Shown here piece by piece: positions 1-12,153 of a stretch of 64,000 bases of DNA; positions within the stretch are counted from its first letter, which is position 1, and each line of letters starts with the position of its first letter. Under the pieces are notes generated by a model. That model ran no database searches. It was not told the origin of the DNA and saw only the letters and a list, made by a program, of their open reading frames with translations. The DNA is from Octopus bimaculoides (taxonomy: Eukaryota): assembly GCF_001194135.2 (NCBI RefSeq), contig NC_068999.1, forward strand, positions 27,364,652-27,428,651, in the 5' to 3' direction. Position numbers and translations under genes: made by a program.

Positions 1-359
1 CACCAACAAAATCATCACCCATAACCACTTTTGGCCCACTGTACCTCTCCTCCAGGACGTAATGGCTCTTTTGTGTCCTCGAATTTGAGACCTCTGTTCT
101 ACACACACACACACACATACACTTCACTTCTTTCTGTCTTTGGACTATGCCCGTGCTGGAGCATCACCTTGGTAAGTTACGGGAACGACAACAAACCAAC
201 AAGCTTTGGTGGGAGAGCAAACACAAATGCAGAGAACACACACACACACACACACACACAATTATATATACATATGTAGGGATTCTTTGAAGTGATGTAC
301 AGATATTGTATATTGGGAATAACATTCTGACTACCTTGTTATTCTCAATATATATACAT

Positions 360-486
360 ATATACGATGGGCTTTTTTTTAGTCTTCTATCAAATCAACT
401 CACAAGGCTTTGGTCAGCCCGGCAAGTGGGACTGAACCCGGAAACATGTGGTTGGGAAACAAGCTTCTTATCACACAGCCACACTG
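360..486 (-). mobile_element. tRNA-derived SINE (family B here), 5' part with internal deletion
   Basis: Reverse complement reads TGGCTGTGTGATAAGAAGCTTG...GGTTCAGTCCCAC...CCAAAGCCTTGTGAG, matching the copies at 10.4, 14.2 and 26.5 kb. Confidence 0.75.
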
Positions 487-494
487 CACATAAG

Positions 495-576
<82 letters not shown>

Positions 577-1646
577 AGGAAAATATGATTAACAATTGAT
601 GGGTGCTTCACAATTCCATACATAGTTCATGGAATGAAAAGAGTTAAATGAGTATAAGTGCCAGAAGGAAAAGAGAGATACAACCGGTAGAAGGTTTAAG
701 AGAAGGTTTTATTTATATGCTAACATGTGTGTGTGTGTGTATGTGTGCGACATATAAACATTATAATAGACAGGCTGTCATGTATACAAAGTGTATGTGT
801 ATACAAACATGGATGTATGCGTGTGCAATAAGTACAGAGCATAAGAAAGAGTCTATAATATGACGTTAGAAGAAAGTCCAGACACGAGGATGATAAATAC
901 CAGTTCGTAGTCAAGGTACACAGTGGTTGAGGTGCTGTATCAAGAAGTTGAGGCCGCAATGCAGAGCCGGGGATGTGGCTACGATGCTGCTGCCGGTCAC
1001 TTGTTACAGGAAGTTGTCGCAGGTTGTATTTGCTGTTAACCATGATGAAGAAATTCACAAACAGTGTGGAGATAGAACCTAACCTGTGCGAGTGCTGCTG
1101 GTTGCTGTGTACGTAGCAAGAAGTTGTTGATGACGTTAAGTAGATGGAGGCGACGTAGATGGAGATTGCCGTATGCTGTTGGTTGAGTGTTGAGTCTCCA
1201 TGTAGCTGCTGTTGCGTCGTCGCTGGAACTGGCTGTGTGCTCTGTGGTCAGTGGCTAGACCTCAGAAGGTCTGGAGCCACAAGACATATGGAACGGTGAG
1301 AAACTGGCTTATATTACATTCTGTCGGCTCACCAGAAGTTTAGAAAAATACTGTTTCACGTGACCTTATCTGAAGGCTGCGATTGGTTGGGTTGCATCTT
1401 GGCGCGCAATAGAGCAAGAGACAAATTGCGCCAACACCAACCAATCAGAGTGGTGGACACAACAGGGTCCAAAGGTGCGGCCGAAGGCTAGCNNNNNNNN
1501 NNCAACACCAACCAATCAGAGTGGTGGACACAACAGGGTCCAAAGGTGCGGCCGAAGGCTAGCTGTTATCTACTACGTTCGTATTTATGTATATATAACA
1601 GAGAGAGAAAAGTTTCCCTTAAGGCGTACGCTACATGTATGTATGT

Positions 1647-1835
1647 CTCTTGTATTTTTTAATTATTATAAATCTTCCACTGAGGAGGGAGTCGGTTTCC
1701 AACAAAGACACAAGGCTCCATCTTTGGGATGTTGTTAGCACAGACAAATTCAAATTTGGAACTTGAGAAAAGTTTTGCTTATTTTTACTGTTCCACTGAC
1801 AGATTGCACTTGTAATGTACTAATGAGCCAGTCAA
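1647..1835 (-). mobile_element. Short 5'-truncated 3' end of RLE-clade non-LTR retrotransposon
   Basis: Minus strand encodes [26 protein letters not shown], like RRKLIRRLQIQSITGTVKIYKT at 52.5 kb. The 3' UTR (GAGTCGGTTTCCAACAAAGACACAAGGCTCC) resembles 52.31-52.35 kb. (TATG)n lies on both sides. Confidence 0.7.
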
Positions 1836-2169
1836 TGTATGTATGTATGTATGTATGTATGTATGTATGTATGTGCGTGTGTGTGTATGTTTGTATGTAT
1901 GTATAAGTATGCGCCCACACCTTTCATCACCAATGCTTCTTTTTCTTGTCTTTTCTGTTCACGTTTTTCTTATTTTCATTTTCTTTGATTTCTTTCGTTT
2001 TTCTTTTATTCGCTGACAACCTTACTTCATTTACTTTCTTCGTTTCTTTTAAATTTATTTAAGATACACCTTCGTATTTTTTCCTCGTGTGGCTTGTGGG
2101 CCGCTTAAACTCATGGGCCTTGGTGCACCGCCCTGGCTGACCCCACTCTAAGTGGGCTAAGTGGGGCTG

Positions 2170-2204
<35 letters not shown>

Positions 2205-2394
2205 TTGTGTGTGTGCATTTGCAAATGAACTCTTCCCGATTAAACTATCTTCGGAAAAACTCTTACTCAAAACGATCATATGTATTAAGATTTAACTCTA
2301 CAACAAATCTCTAAAATTGTGATGTTTGTTTTATATTACGAAGATAATATTTACATTCATTCTTAAAATTTCCTAAATGCAAATTAATCTCAAG

Positions 2395-3222
2395 AAAAAG
2401 TAGACAGAAAAACAAGGAAGTTGCTAACTAGATATGGGTCACTCCACCCAAAGAGTGACACAGACAGACTGTATGTACCAAGAAAAAGAGGGGAAGAGGA
2501 ATTATTGGATGCGAACACAGCATTAGAGCAGAAGAAAATGGTATGTAAAAAATGCCACAGAACCGCTATTATTAGAAGTAAGAAGGTCAGGCTTGTGTAG
2601 GATGAAAGATTGCAAAGATAAGGCATTATACAAGAAATTGAAAACGAATGAAACTGAAAATAGATGGGTAAAGAAAAGAATGCATGGTCAATTTCATAGT
2701 GATGTTGAAGATAAGACAGACAGAGAAAAAAGATGGCTGTGGATGATTAAAGTGATTTAAAAACGGAAACGGAGGCTCTAATTTGTGCTGCCCAAGAGCA
2801 AGCACTAAGAACAAACTACATAAAATACAGAATATACAACACAGCAGAAAGTGATAAGTGCAGAATCTGTGGACAAAATGTTGAAACCGTATGGTATATT
2901 ACTAGCCAATGTACGCCACTAACCCAGAAGGAATATAAAAGACACCACGACAATATAGCCAGGCTTGTCCATTGGACACTTTGCAACGAGTATGGACTTG
3001 ACAGAGCAAAAAATTTGTACGACCACAAACCTGAAGGCATCGTTGAATATGGAAATGCAAAGTTCCTCTGGGATTTTATGATTCAGTGCGACCATGAGAT
3101 AGAGAATAGGAAGCCGGACATAGTCTTCATTAAGAAATAATCAAACTATGCTGGATGATAGATATAGCATACCCAGCTGACAATAAAGTATGCGATAAGG
3201 AAGAAAGAAAAGTCGAGATATA
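2395..3222 (+). mobile_element. R4/Dong-like RLE non-LTR retrotransposon, C-terminal region (decayed)
   Basis: Translates with frameshifts to LHPKSDTDRLYVPRK..GRG, MHGQF, AAQEQALRTNY, CCHC knuckle CRICGQNVETVWYITSQC and restriction-like endonuclease RKPDIV...IDIAYP. Confidence 0.9.
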
Positions 3223-3304
3223 AGGGGTGTTACCTTAGTTCACTGGTAGGGAACAGCTGACACTGTAATACATCTCCAGCATTAGAAGCTGTGCAAAGGC
3301 AATA

Positions 3305-3335
<31 letters not shown>

Positions 3336-4248
3336 NNNNNNNNNNNNNNNNNNNNNNNNNNNNNNNNNNNNNNNNNNNNNNNNNNNNNNNNNNNNNNNNN
3401 NNNNNNNNNNNNNNNNNNNNNNNNNNNNNNNNNNNNNNNNNNNNNNNNNNNNNNNNNNNNNNNNNNNNNNNNNNNNNNNNNNNNNNNNNNNNNNNNNNNN
3501 NNNNNNNNNNNNNNNNNNNNNNNNNNNNNNNNNNNNNNNNNNNNNNNNNNNNNNNNNNNNNNNNNNNNNNNNNNNNNNNNNNNNNNNNNNNNNNNNNNNN
3601 NNNNNNNNNNNNNNNNNNNNNNNNNNNNNNNNNNNNNNNNNNNNNNNNNNNNNNNNNNNNNNNNNNNNNNNNNNNNNNNNNNNNNNNNNNNNNNNNNNNN
3701 NNNNNNNNNNNNNNNNNNNNNNNNNNNNNNNNNNNNNNNNNNNNNNNNNNNNNNNNNNNNNNNNNNNNNNNNNNNNNNNNNNNNNNNNNNNNNNNNNNNN
3801 NNNNNNNNNNNNNNNNNNNNNNNNNNNNNNNNNNNNNNNNNNNNNNNNNNNNNNNNNNNNNNNNNNNNNNNNNNNNNNNNNNNNNNNNNNNNNNNNNNNN
3901 NNNNNNNNNNNNNNNNNNNNNNNNNNNNNNNNNNNNNNNNNNNNNNNNNNNNNNNNNNNNNNNNNNNNNNNNNNNNNNNNNNNNNNNNNNNNNNNNNNNN
4001 NNNNNNNNNNNNNNNNNNNNNNNNNNNNNNNNNNNNNNNNNNNNNNNNNNNNNNNNNNNNNNNNNNNNNNNNNNNNNNNNNNNNNNNNNNNNNNNNNNNN
4101 NNNNNNNNNNNNNNNNNNNNNNNNNNNNNNNNNNNNNNNNNNNNNNNNNNNNNNNNNNNNNNNNNNNNNNNNNNNNNNNNNNNNNNNNNNNNNNNNNNNN
4201 NNNNNNNNNNNNNNNNNNNNNNNATATATATATATATATATATATATA

Positions 4249-4805
4249 CGAGGGTGAGCCAAAAAGTAATGCCATTTTGTTTAGGACAGGTGTAATTACC
4301 AACACAAAAACATGTATCATACATCAAACTGAAGCTGGTTATCTGTAGATCACATCCCTACTTCTCAACATAGTCACCGTTTCTCTCAGTAGCAATGTTC
4401 CACCTACCAAAAAGAGCATGTATCTCTGCCTCGTAAAATTCTGTTGACTGTTCTTTGAGCCACTTCTTCACTACAATTTTCACTTCCTCGTCACTGGAAT
4501 AATGTCTGACTCTCAAACCTTCTTTCATGGGGCCGAAGGGATGATAGTCTGAAAGCGCTAAATCTGATGAGTATTGGCAGGATTCACAGAAGCGGACGGA
4601 CGGCCAGAACGGGGTTTATCGGCTACACTCACAGTTCCCACCTTTTCATCTTTCAGACGACGGACCCACCTGCATACATTGCTATGATCTAAAGTATTGT
4701 CCTCATAGACATTTTATAATCGTCAGCCCCTCAGCAACAAGAAATTCAATCACTGCTCTTTGTTTTTGACGTAACTCTAAGGGGGAAGCCATTTTGAAGT
4801 TTCCT
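4249..4805 (-). mobile_element. Internally deleted mariner element
   Basis: TA + TIR CGAGGGTGAGCCAAAAAGTAATGCC at the left end. Minus strand has N-terminal MASPLELRQKQRAVIEFLVAEG joined to C-terminal DLALSDYHPFGPMKEGL...WNIATERNGDYVEK. Confidence 0.88.
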
Positions 4806-4871
4806 TACTAGTCTAAAAACCTGAAAAGTAAGAAACAAAATATTTCAAAACGTAAATGATANNNNNNNNNN

Positions 4872-4918
<47 letters not shown>

Positions 4919-5383
4919 TACTGTTTACGCACATATATTTTCAAGGTATATAAAGATATAGCTGCCTTTCGATGTTTCACATTAGCACGGTCTTGTATTT
5001 GGCCTTTTTCTTTCTGTACTTTTAAAATTTTACTTCCCATATACACTACTTTATTTCATTTCCATTTCATTCCCTCGCTAGTGAATTAGACCACAATCTA
5101 GACGAACACTTTAGTTAGAATATTTTGTTTAAATTTGTGAAAAATTTTCGAAATTAATTGATAGAATTTTGAATTTCAAGTACGTTGATTTCCCTTGAAA
5201 TGATGAATAATATATCAATGCAAGTCGAAAATGAAAATGATTCAACAGAATCTTCTAAACTGCTTCATTTAAGTTACTATAAGAATAATTCAGACACGAA
5301 CAAAAAATCAAAGCCAGTATCGTCGCTGGATCTTCAATAATTTGAAACATAAATCACATAAGTTCTAATATTACCGAAGCATT

Positions 5384-5518
5384 CAAATTCTGCCGAGATC
5401 GACTTTGCCTTTCATCCTTTCAGGGTCGATAAATTAAGTATCATTTGCGAACTAGAGTCGATCTAATCGACTGGCCCCCTCCCCCAAAATTTCGGGCCTT
5501 GTGCCTAGAGTAGAAAAG
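5384..5518 (+). mobile_element. 5'-truncated SINE (family A) with 17-bp target-site duplication
   Basis: GCCGAGATCGACTTTGCCTTTCATCCTTTCAGGGTCGATAAATTAAGTA core. Flanked by AATATTACCGAAGCATT (5367-5383) and AATATTACTGAAGCATT (5519-5535), one mismatch. Confidence 0.85.
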
Positions 5519-6684
5519 AATATTACTGAAGCATTGGACAAAGCTCTAGTATTTCGAATAAAACCGAATCATACGACAATGCATACTTGAATTTATTATC
5601 TCCATTTTGATAAACAATTGCTTCAATTTTACTTGTGCTTTTTATAGATAGTATCATTAACACATGTCTCCCTCATTTTAGATTATTTCAATTTGGGCGG
5701 TAACTCGTGGGACCAATCTAATAATTTAATGCTCTAATTCTTTTTCTTTTGCGGAGAATGAGATAATATAATAAAAATTGGAATTAATCAACAATCTGAA
5801 TTATTTAATTTTTTTTTTATTTCTTAAACCCAAATATAATAATTATACAAGATGGCTATATGTAATGCATTTAATGAATGATGTAAATACATTTTCCTTG
5901 TGTGAATAACCCAGGCATCCCTTGTGTATAATTTACAAAAGTAAACAGTAAGAAAATAGAGACAAAGCAGGAAAACGGAATAAGGGCTTGCAAGTTCAAA
6001 ATAAGGGCTTGCAAATTCAGCTATATTTTGCGCCAGGGAATAAAGTGTTCCTCTCTAAAACGTTTTGAGTCAATCCAAATCATTACCACAGGTGACTGTG
6101 AGAGTGAGGCGCTAGAACAGCCAGGCACCATCCCGAGCATCATCTGGTGCCCAGGTGAAGTGGGACGCCAACTAAGTCAAACACTGCTTTTCAATGGATT
6201 AACTGAAGTTTCATGCATAGTACTATATTTGTAGTTTCATGAGAGTCCATGTAGTTTCTCTTGTATTGGTATGTTGCATGTTAATCATCTAAACTGGCCA
6301 ATAATCCGAGACTTTATGCTTAAATTTTTGCTGGAATTCCCAATAATATAAACATAAATTTTCCGTTTAATAACAATTTTTTCCTCAGTGTCGTTTATCG
6401 ATTCTTCATTGAACTTCCATTCCGGTAGTTTTCCTTTCGGACGGGAAGAGAGAAAAAGAGGGACACAGGGAGGGAGAGAGAGAGAGAGAGAGAATAATGA
6501 CTGCTAACTTGCCTTCTGTGTGTGGGGGGGGGTGCATGTGTGTGTGTGTGAACGTATGTGTTCGCACTCGTGTGAGAGCAGATAGAATGGAGAAAGCATG
6601 CAAAAGACGAGAAATAAATATGAGTTAAATATGTAAGTTAAAGCAAGGAAAATCTGGATTCATTCACATGATATATATTCTTAT

Positions 6685-6902
6685 TTCTTTATTGCCCACA
6701 AGGGGCTAAACATAGAGGGGACAGACTATAACAGACAAATTACATAGACTCCAGTGTGTAATAGGTACTTATTTTATCGACCCCGAAAATATGAAAGGCA
6801 AACCCGATCTCGGCGGAATTTGAACTCAGAACGTAACGGCAGACGAAATACCGCTAAGCATTTCGCCCAGCGTGCTAACGTTTCTGCCAGCTCCCCACCT
6901 TA
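6685..6902 (-). mobile_element. SINE family A, near full length
   Basis: Reverse complement has a tRNA-like head GAGCTGGCAGAAACGTTAGCACG...GAGTTCAAATTCCGCCGAG and the same core as 5.4 and 39.3 kb. Confidence 0.85.
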
Positions 6903-6957
6903 CGCATGATATGTATTCTGTAATATATATATTGACATGATATATATTCCGTAAATA

Positions 6958-7045
<88 letters not shown>

Positions 7046-7065
7046 ACACACACACACACACACAT

Positions 7066-7390
7066 AGTGAAGCCGCGTGGCTTAATGGTTAAGGTATTCA
7101 GCTCACGACCGCAAGATCATGATTTCAATTTCTGGCAATGCGTTGTGTCCTTGAGCTAGAAACTTCACTTCATGTTGCTCTTGTCCACTCAGCTGGCAAA
7201 AGTGAGTAATATCTGTATTTCAAAGGACCACCCTTGACACATTCTGTGTCACATTGATTCTTCTTGAGAACTTCGTTAAATGTACATATATCTGTGGAGT
7301 GCTCAGCCACTTGCCCGTTAATTTCACGAGCAGGTTGTTCCGTTGATCGGATCAACTGCAAACCTCGTTGTCGTAACCGACGGAGTGCGA
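7066..7390 (+). mobile_element. tRNA-derived SINE (family C)
   Basis: Head GCGTGGCTTAATGGTTAAGG...GATTTCAATT, central TGTGTCCTTGAGC...GTCCACTCAGCTG, and a 3' tail shared with the SINE at 39980-40339. Confidence 0.8.
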
Positions 7391-7409
7391 GATACACACA
7401 CACACATAA

Positions 7410-7575
7410 GGTATAATCCATGGCTTGGTAAGAAGGTTATTTCCGAACCACATGGTTTTGGTTTCAGTCCCACTGCGTGGCATTTTAGGCAAGTGTCTTC
7501 TACTATATAGCCTCTGTCAGTCTGTCCCCCACCAGTGCTTGACAACCGGTGTTAGTGTTTTTACGTTTCCGTAAA
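7410..7575 (-). mobile_element. SINE family B fragment
   Basis: Contains GGTTTCAGTCCCACTGCGTGGCATTTTAGGCAAGTGTCTTCTACTATA and GCTTGACAACCGGTG. These match the head and tail pieces as read on the plus strand, so it is rearranged or mixed and the orientation call is uncertain. Confidence 0.5.
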
Positions 7576-7699
7576 GAGATCGATATATATATATATTGCT
7601 GCGAGTATGTTTTCCTTGGAAAGAAAAAAATAGAGGATTTTGTTTGGGGATGTAGATTCAAACTTGAATCTATGGAATTCCCCTTACAACGGCACTTTC

Positions 7700-8985
7700 C
7701 CACGGAAAAAGAATAGTTTTTTCAACTGCATGAACTAAAAGTCGGAGGGGGACGAGATAAACTACCTGCATCAACTTGCTATAAAAGCAGGTAGTAATTT
7801 TACCTTGCATTTATTCTTAGTGCAAGTTTTGAAGAGTGCAGCTCGATTTTAACAGTTATTCCTTCAAAGCTATAATGGAAGTGACAAAGGAGCATATTCG
7901 GCATGTCTTGCTTTATGAGTTCAATAAAGACAGCAACGCAACGGAAATAAAGACAACGACGTAACGGAAAGTGCGAGGAATATTAATGTAGCATACGGGG
8001 ATAGGACAGTAAGCGTAAGCCAGTGTCAATGGTGGTGCCAGAAATTCCGAGCTGGAAACTACAGACTAGAAGATGAGCCTTGTCCTGGAAGATTTGCAGA
8101 GGTAGACGATGACGTCCTGCAAACCCTGGTGGAACAAAATCCCATCGTAAATGTTGAGGAACTAGCAGAGAAGCTTGGATTTGGTCGTTCAATTATTCAT
8201 CGACATTTGCGTCATCAAATTGGGTCAATGGGTTCCTCACAAGCTTCCCTACTCTAATTGCGCGTAGGGAGTGAATGTGCACTCTTCTTTGTTGTCACAT
8301 CTCACGAATGAACTTGTTTTGGACCGAATAGTGACTAATGACGAGAAATGGGTTCTCTATAAAAATGTCAAGCGCTGAAGGCAGTGGTTAGGGAAATGAG
8401 AAACACCGGCACCCCAGGCTAAAGAAGGTCTTCACCCATGTAAGGTGTTGTTATCTGCTTGGTGGGGTAGGAAAAGTTTAGTCCACTTTGAACTTTTAAC
8501 CCCAAACCAAACGATAACAAAGGAAATCTACTGCGAGCAGCTTGAGTGGCTTAAGTCCGCGGTGGAAGAAAAGCGACCATCTTTGGTTTCAAGAGGGAAG
8601 GTGTTCTTCTTTCAGGATAATGCTCGGCCATACACAGCAAAGATGACATTCCAAAGGCTGGAGCAGTTTGAATGGGAAACGATGTACCACTCACCATATT
8701 CACCGGACATTGCCCCATCTGATTATCATTTATTCCGCAGTCTTCAAAATGATTTGGACGGAAAAAATATGAACTCTGTAGACAAGGTCAGAACAGTACT
8801 GGCGAGTATTTTTCGTGACGGACACCTGAATTTTGGAAGAGGGGCCTTGCAAGTTTACCAGATAGATGACAGAGCATTGTAGAAAATGAAGGAGAGCATA
8901 TTTCAGACTAAAAAGAACTTCGTTTATTTTAATTTTGAAGAATAAAAGAAGTATAAAAAACCGCATTATTTATGCGATGACCCAA
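7700..8985 (+). mobile_element. Mariner (DD34D) transposon, decayed transposase
   Basis: ATG at 7875 (MEVTKEHIRHVLLYEFNK), IVTNDEKW, FQDNARP, YSPDIAPSDYHLFRSLQN. 3' TIR CGCATTATTTATGCGATGACCCAA + TA. Frameshifts, stops and an internal ~24-bp duplication near 7923-7967. Confidence 0.92.
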
Positions 8986-8991
8986 TATATA

Positions 8992-9641
8992 CAGGGTGTT
9001 TCAAAAGTCACTATACACTTTCTCTTTTTCTATTTCGTTTCAGATATCATTCGGAGAGACGTGAGGCCATCAGCATTCGACACGTTAGACTCTGTAGTTT
9101 TTATAAGTGTATCATTCCCTTGCCCATGGCTCACCAGTTGATTGAAGCAGGCGTTTGCGAAAAGCCAGAGGGAGTCAATCCGGAGGATTTACTGGAACTT
9201 AGCATCAACAAAAGCTTGATTCAGCGGATCCTTCGGAGAGTGATAAAATTCTACACATACCGACCTCAGGTTGTTCAAAGGCTGAGAGCGGAAGATTATG
9301 GTGCTCGTGTGGAAATGTGTGAATCACTCCTCCACCATTACCAAAACGACTCTCAGTTCTTGGAAAACTTGTGGTTCAGCGATGAGTCTATTTTTCATCT
9401 CTCTGGCCGGGTAAACCAACACAATTGTCGAATTTGGGGAAAATCAAAACCAACAAAAATTCTCAAATATGAACGAGACTCTCCGAAGCTGGTGGTATGG
9501 TGTGCCATGGGCAAGGGAATGATACACTTACAAAAACTGTGAAGTCTAAGGTGTCAAATACTGATGGCCTCACGTCTCTCCAAATGATACCTGAAACGAA
9601 ATAGAAAAAAGAAAGTGTATAGTGACTTTTGAGAAACCCTG
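8992..9641 (+). mobile_element. Internally deleted Tc1/mariner (maT/rosa-like) element with ~145-bp inverted ends
   Basis: TA-flanked ends CAGGGTGTTTCAAAAGTCACTATACAC / GTGTATAGTGACTTTTGAGAAACCCTG. ORF 9120-9542 contains FLENLWFSDESIFHLSGRVNQHNCRIWG and PKLVVWCAM. Confidence 0.9.
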
Positions 9642-10110
9642 TATATACACTCACCACTTATACGTTTGTGTATGCGTATGTGAGGGTGTACATGAAACAG
9701 TACATATCTTACATCGATTATATAGGACAATTTCATATTCATTCTGGTCACATCATTATTTGCTACGTCTTTCTTAAAGGTCACTCAACAAACCGTTGTG
9801 TGGATATCTGTCTATATTCTGAAAATATAATTATTATTGTTATGTTAATTTCCATTATGGAAGTTAAGAAAAGTGGAAAAAACATTTCAAGACGCGGAAT
9901 ATAAAGTCGAGACGATTAAGTATGTTGAGTTATGGTACATATAAAAGTGTTGTTTCGGGTTCAATAAAATGTAATAACATGAAATGAGATAAAAGTGTTC
10001 CTCTTATGATCATCCGGTTTCTTTGTCCAGATAATGTATCTCTCGTACGGCAATGTTCAAAATGGAGCCGACAAATTGTTAGTTCAGTAATACTGTTGTT
10101 ACCGTCTGTG

Positions 10111-10144
<34 letters not shown>

Positions 10145-10280
10145 TGTAGGTAGGTAGGTAGGTATATAGATAGGTAGGTAGGTATATATGTATGTATGCA
10201 TGTATGTATGTATGTTTGTATGTATGTGTGTGAGTGTGTGTGTATAAATAAAGTATTTACAATTTCTCTCTTTCTCTCTC

Positions 10281-10393
<113 letters not shown>

Positions 10394-10419
10394 CCCCTTC
10401 CATTTCAATATGTATAATC

Positions 10420-10770
10420 TTTTATTCTTTTACTTGGACTGCGGTCATGTTGGAGCACCACCTTAAAGGGTTTTAGTCGAAGAAATCGACTCCAGAACTT
10501 ATTCTTTGTAAACTTAGTACTTATTCTATCGGTATGTTTTACTGAACCACTAAGTTACAGCATCGGTTGTCAACTGATTGTGGGGGAACAAACACAGACA
10601 CACACAAATATATATACGACTGGCTTCTTTCAGTTTCTGTCTACCAAATCCACTCACAAGGCTTTGGACGGCCCCAGGCTATAGTAGAAGACACTTGCCC
10701 AAGGTGCCACGCAGTGGGACTGAACCCGGAACCATGTGGTTGGGGAATAAGCTTCTTACCACACAGCCAT
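10420..10770 (-). mobile_element. SINE family B, full length
   Basis: tRNA-like head, ACCTTGGGCAAGTGTCTT central domain, internal TA/GT tract and tail ending AAGTAAAAGAATAAAAGA. Confidence 0.88.
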
Positions 10771-11017
10771 AATTATTATATGTGTGTGTCTGTGTGTGTG
10801 TGTGTGTATTTATANNNNNNNNNNNNNNNNNNNNNNNNNNNNNNNNNNNNNNNNNNNNNNNNNNNNNNNNNNNNNNNNNNNNNNNNNNNNNNNNNNNNNN
10901 NNNNNNNNNNNNNNNNNNNNNNNNNNNNNNNNNNNNNNNNNNNNNNNNNNNNNNNNNNNNNNNNNNNNNNNNNNNNNNNNNNATGGATGGATGGATGGAT
11001 GGATACATGCATATATA

Positions 11018-11056
<39 letters not shown>

Positions 11057-11344
11057 AGCTGACTCAAATACCCTTGTGCTATTTTCTTTTGCAGTGGTTT
11101 CTATTGTTAAGCAAAATGTAATTTCATTGGCAAACATATGATCAACTTGTTCTAAATCACTGTGCAGGGTATAAACAAATTGGTGTAGAATGAACGTGTT
11201 TTTCGTTCATCTTTTGGAATAAACAGGACAAGAAAAACAAAGAAACAATAAGTCGTTGAAAAAATTAACAAATTAACTGGGCAACGACTAAACAAACAAA
11301 CAAATGTATAAACACACACACACACACACGTGTGTGTGTGTATG

Positions 11345-11560
11345 TGTGTGTGGCCGTGCTTTCCCCGGCCATCGCTTGACAACAGATGCTGGTGTATTTA
11401 TGTCCTCGTAACATAGCAGTTCGGCAAAGAGACCGATAGATTAAGTACTAGGATCACAAAAATATTCTAGAAGTCGATTTCTTCGAATAAAATCCTTTAA
11501 GGCGGTGCCCCAGTATGGCCGCAGTCAAATGACTGAAACGTGTAAAAGAATAAATGAATA
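11345..11560 (+). mobile_element. SINE family B, 3' half
   Basis: CATCGCTTGACAACAGATGCTGGTG...GGCCGCAGTCAAATGACTGAAAC..TAAAAGAATAAA. Confidence 0.8.
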
Positions 11561-11573
11561 TATATATATAAAA

Positions 11574-12153
11574 ATATGCAATAAGATATTATAACGATAA
11601 ATTAACATTATCATTTATTAAATACGTTATAATATAGGTGGCTAAAGCAATTAAAAACTAAAAAGGTAGAATACATAAATAAGAATGCAAAATAACACCT
11701 ACAATTGCTAGAAATAAGAGCTAAAAATATATAACTCGAATAGCCACACAAAATCACCATCCTCATGAGATGTTCAAAGGGCCTACGAACAGCAAGTCAC
11801 ATCTTTCTCCAGTGAGATAAAACTCACTGAATGAAGTAATTTGATAAGACCCTGTTATATGATTTCGAAATTTAACCAATAAGATTTCGTTTCTCTTCAG
11901 GGGAATCCACAAATTACTTATGAGTGAAAATAACCGTCGAACAGTGAGCGCTAAAATCCAAAGCGGTTTGAGCGTATATAAATATACAATAGGATATTAT
12001 AACGATAAATTAATGTTATGATATATTAAATACGTTATAATAAAGGTGGTTAAGGCAATTAAAAACCAAAAAGGTAAAATACATAAATAAGAGTGCAAAA
12101 TAACACCTACAATTGCTAGAAATAAGAGCTAAAAGATATAACCCGAATAGCCA
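11574..12153 (-). mobile_element. Penelope-type terminal repeat with tandem partial duplication
   Basis: ~172-bp direct repeats at 11574-11746 and 11982-12153. The spacer carries a degenerate hammerhead core (CTGAAGA...GAAA) on the minus strand at 11848-11903. Confidence 0.55.

Noticed and set aside
1318-1336. TGGTGAGCCGACAG on the minus strand as an LTR primer-binding site
   Set aside because: No preceding CA LTR end and no second LTR or pol motifs found.
1432-1564. 61-bp direct repeat either side of a 10-N gap
   Set aside because: An exact duplicate across a placeholder gap indicates overlapping contig ends, not biology.
3230-4327. Long ORFs (also at 27.9-29.2, 32.6-33.4, 56.0-56.8 kb etc.)
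   Set aside because: They consist of X from N gaps and SSR-derived YI/HT/CV repeats.
7066-7140. tRNA-like A/B boxes at SINE heads
   Set aside because: No cloverleaf, and they continue into SINE bodies; not tRNA genes.
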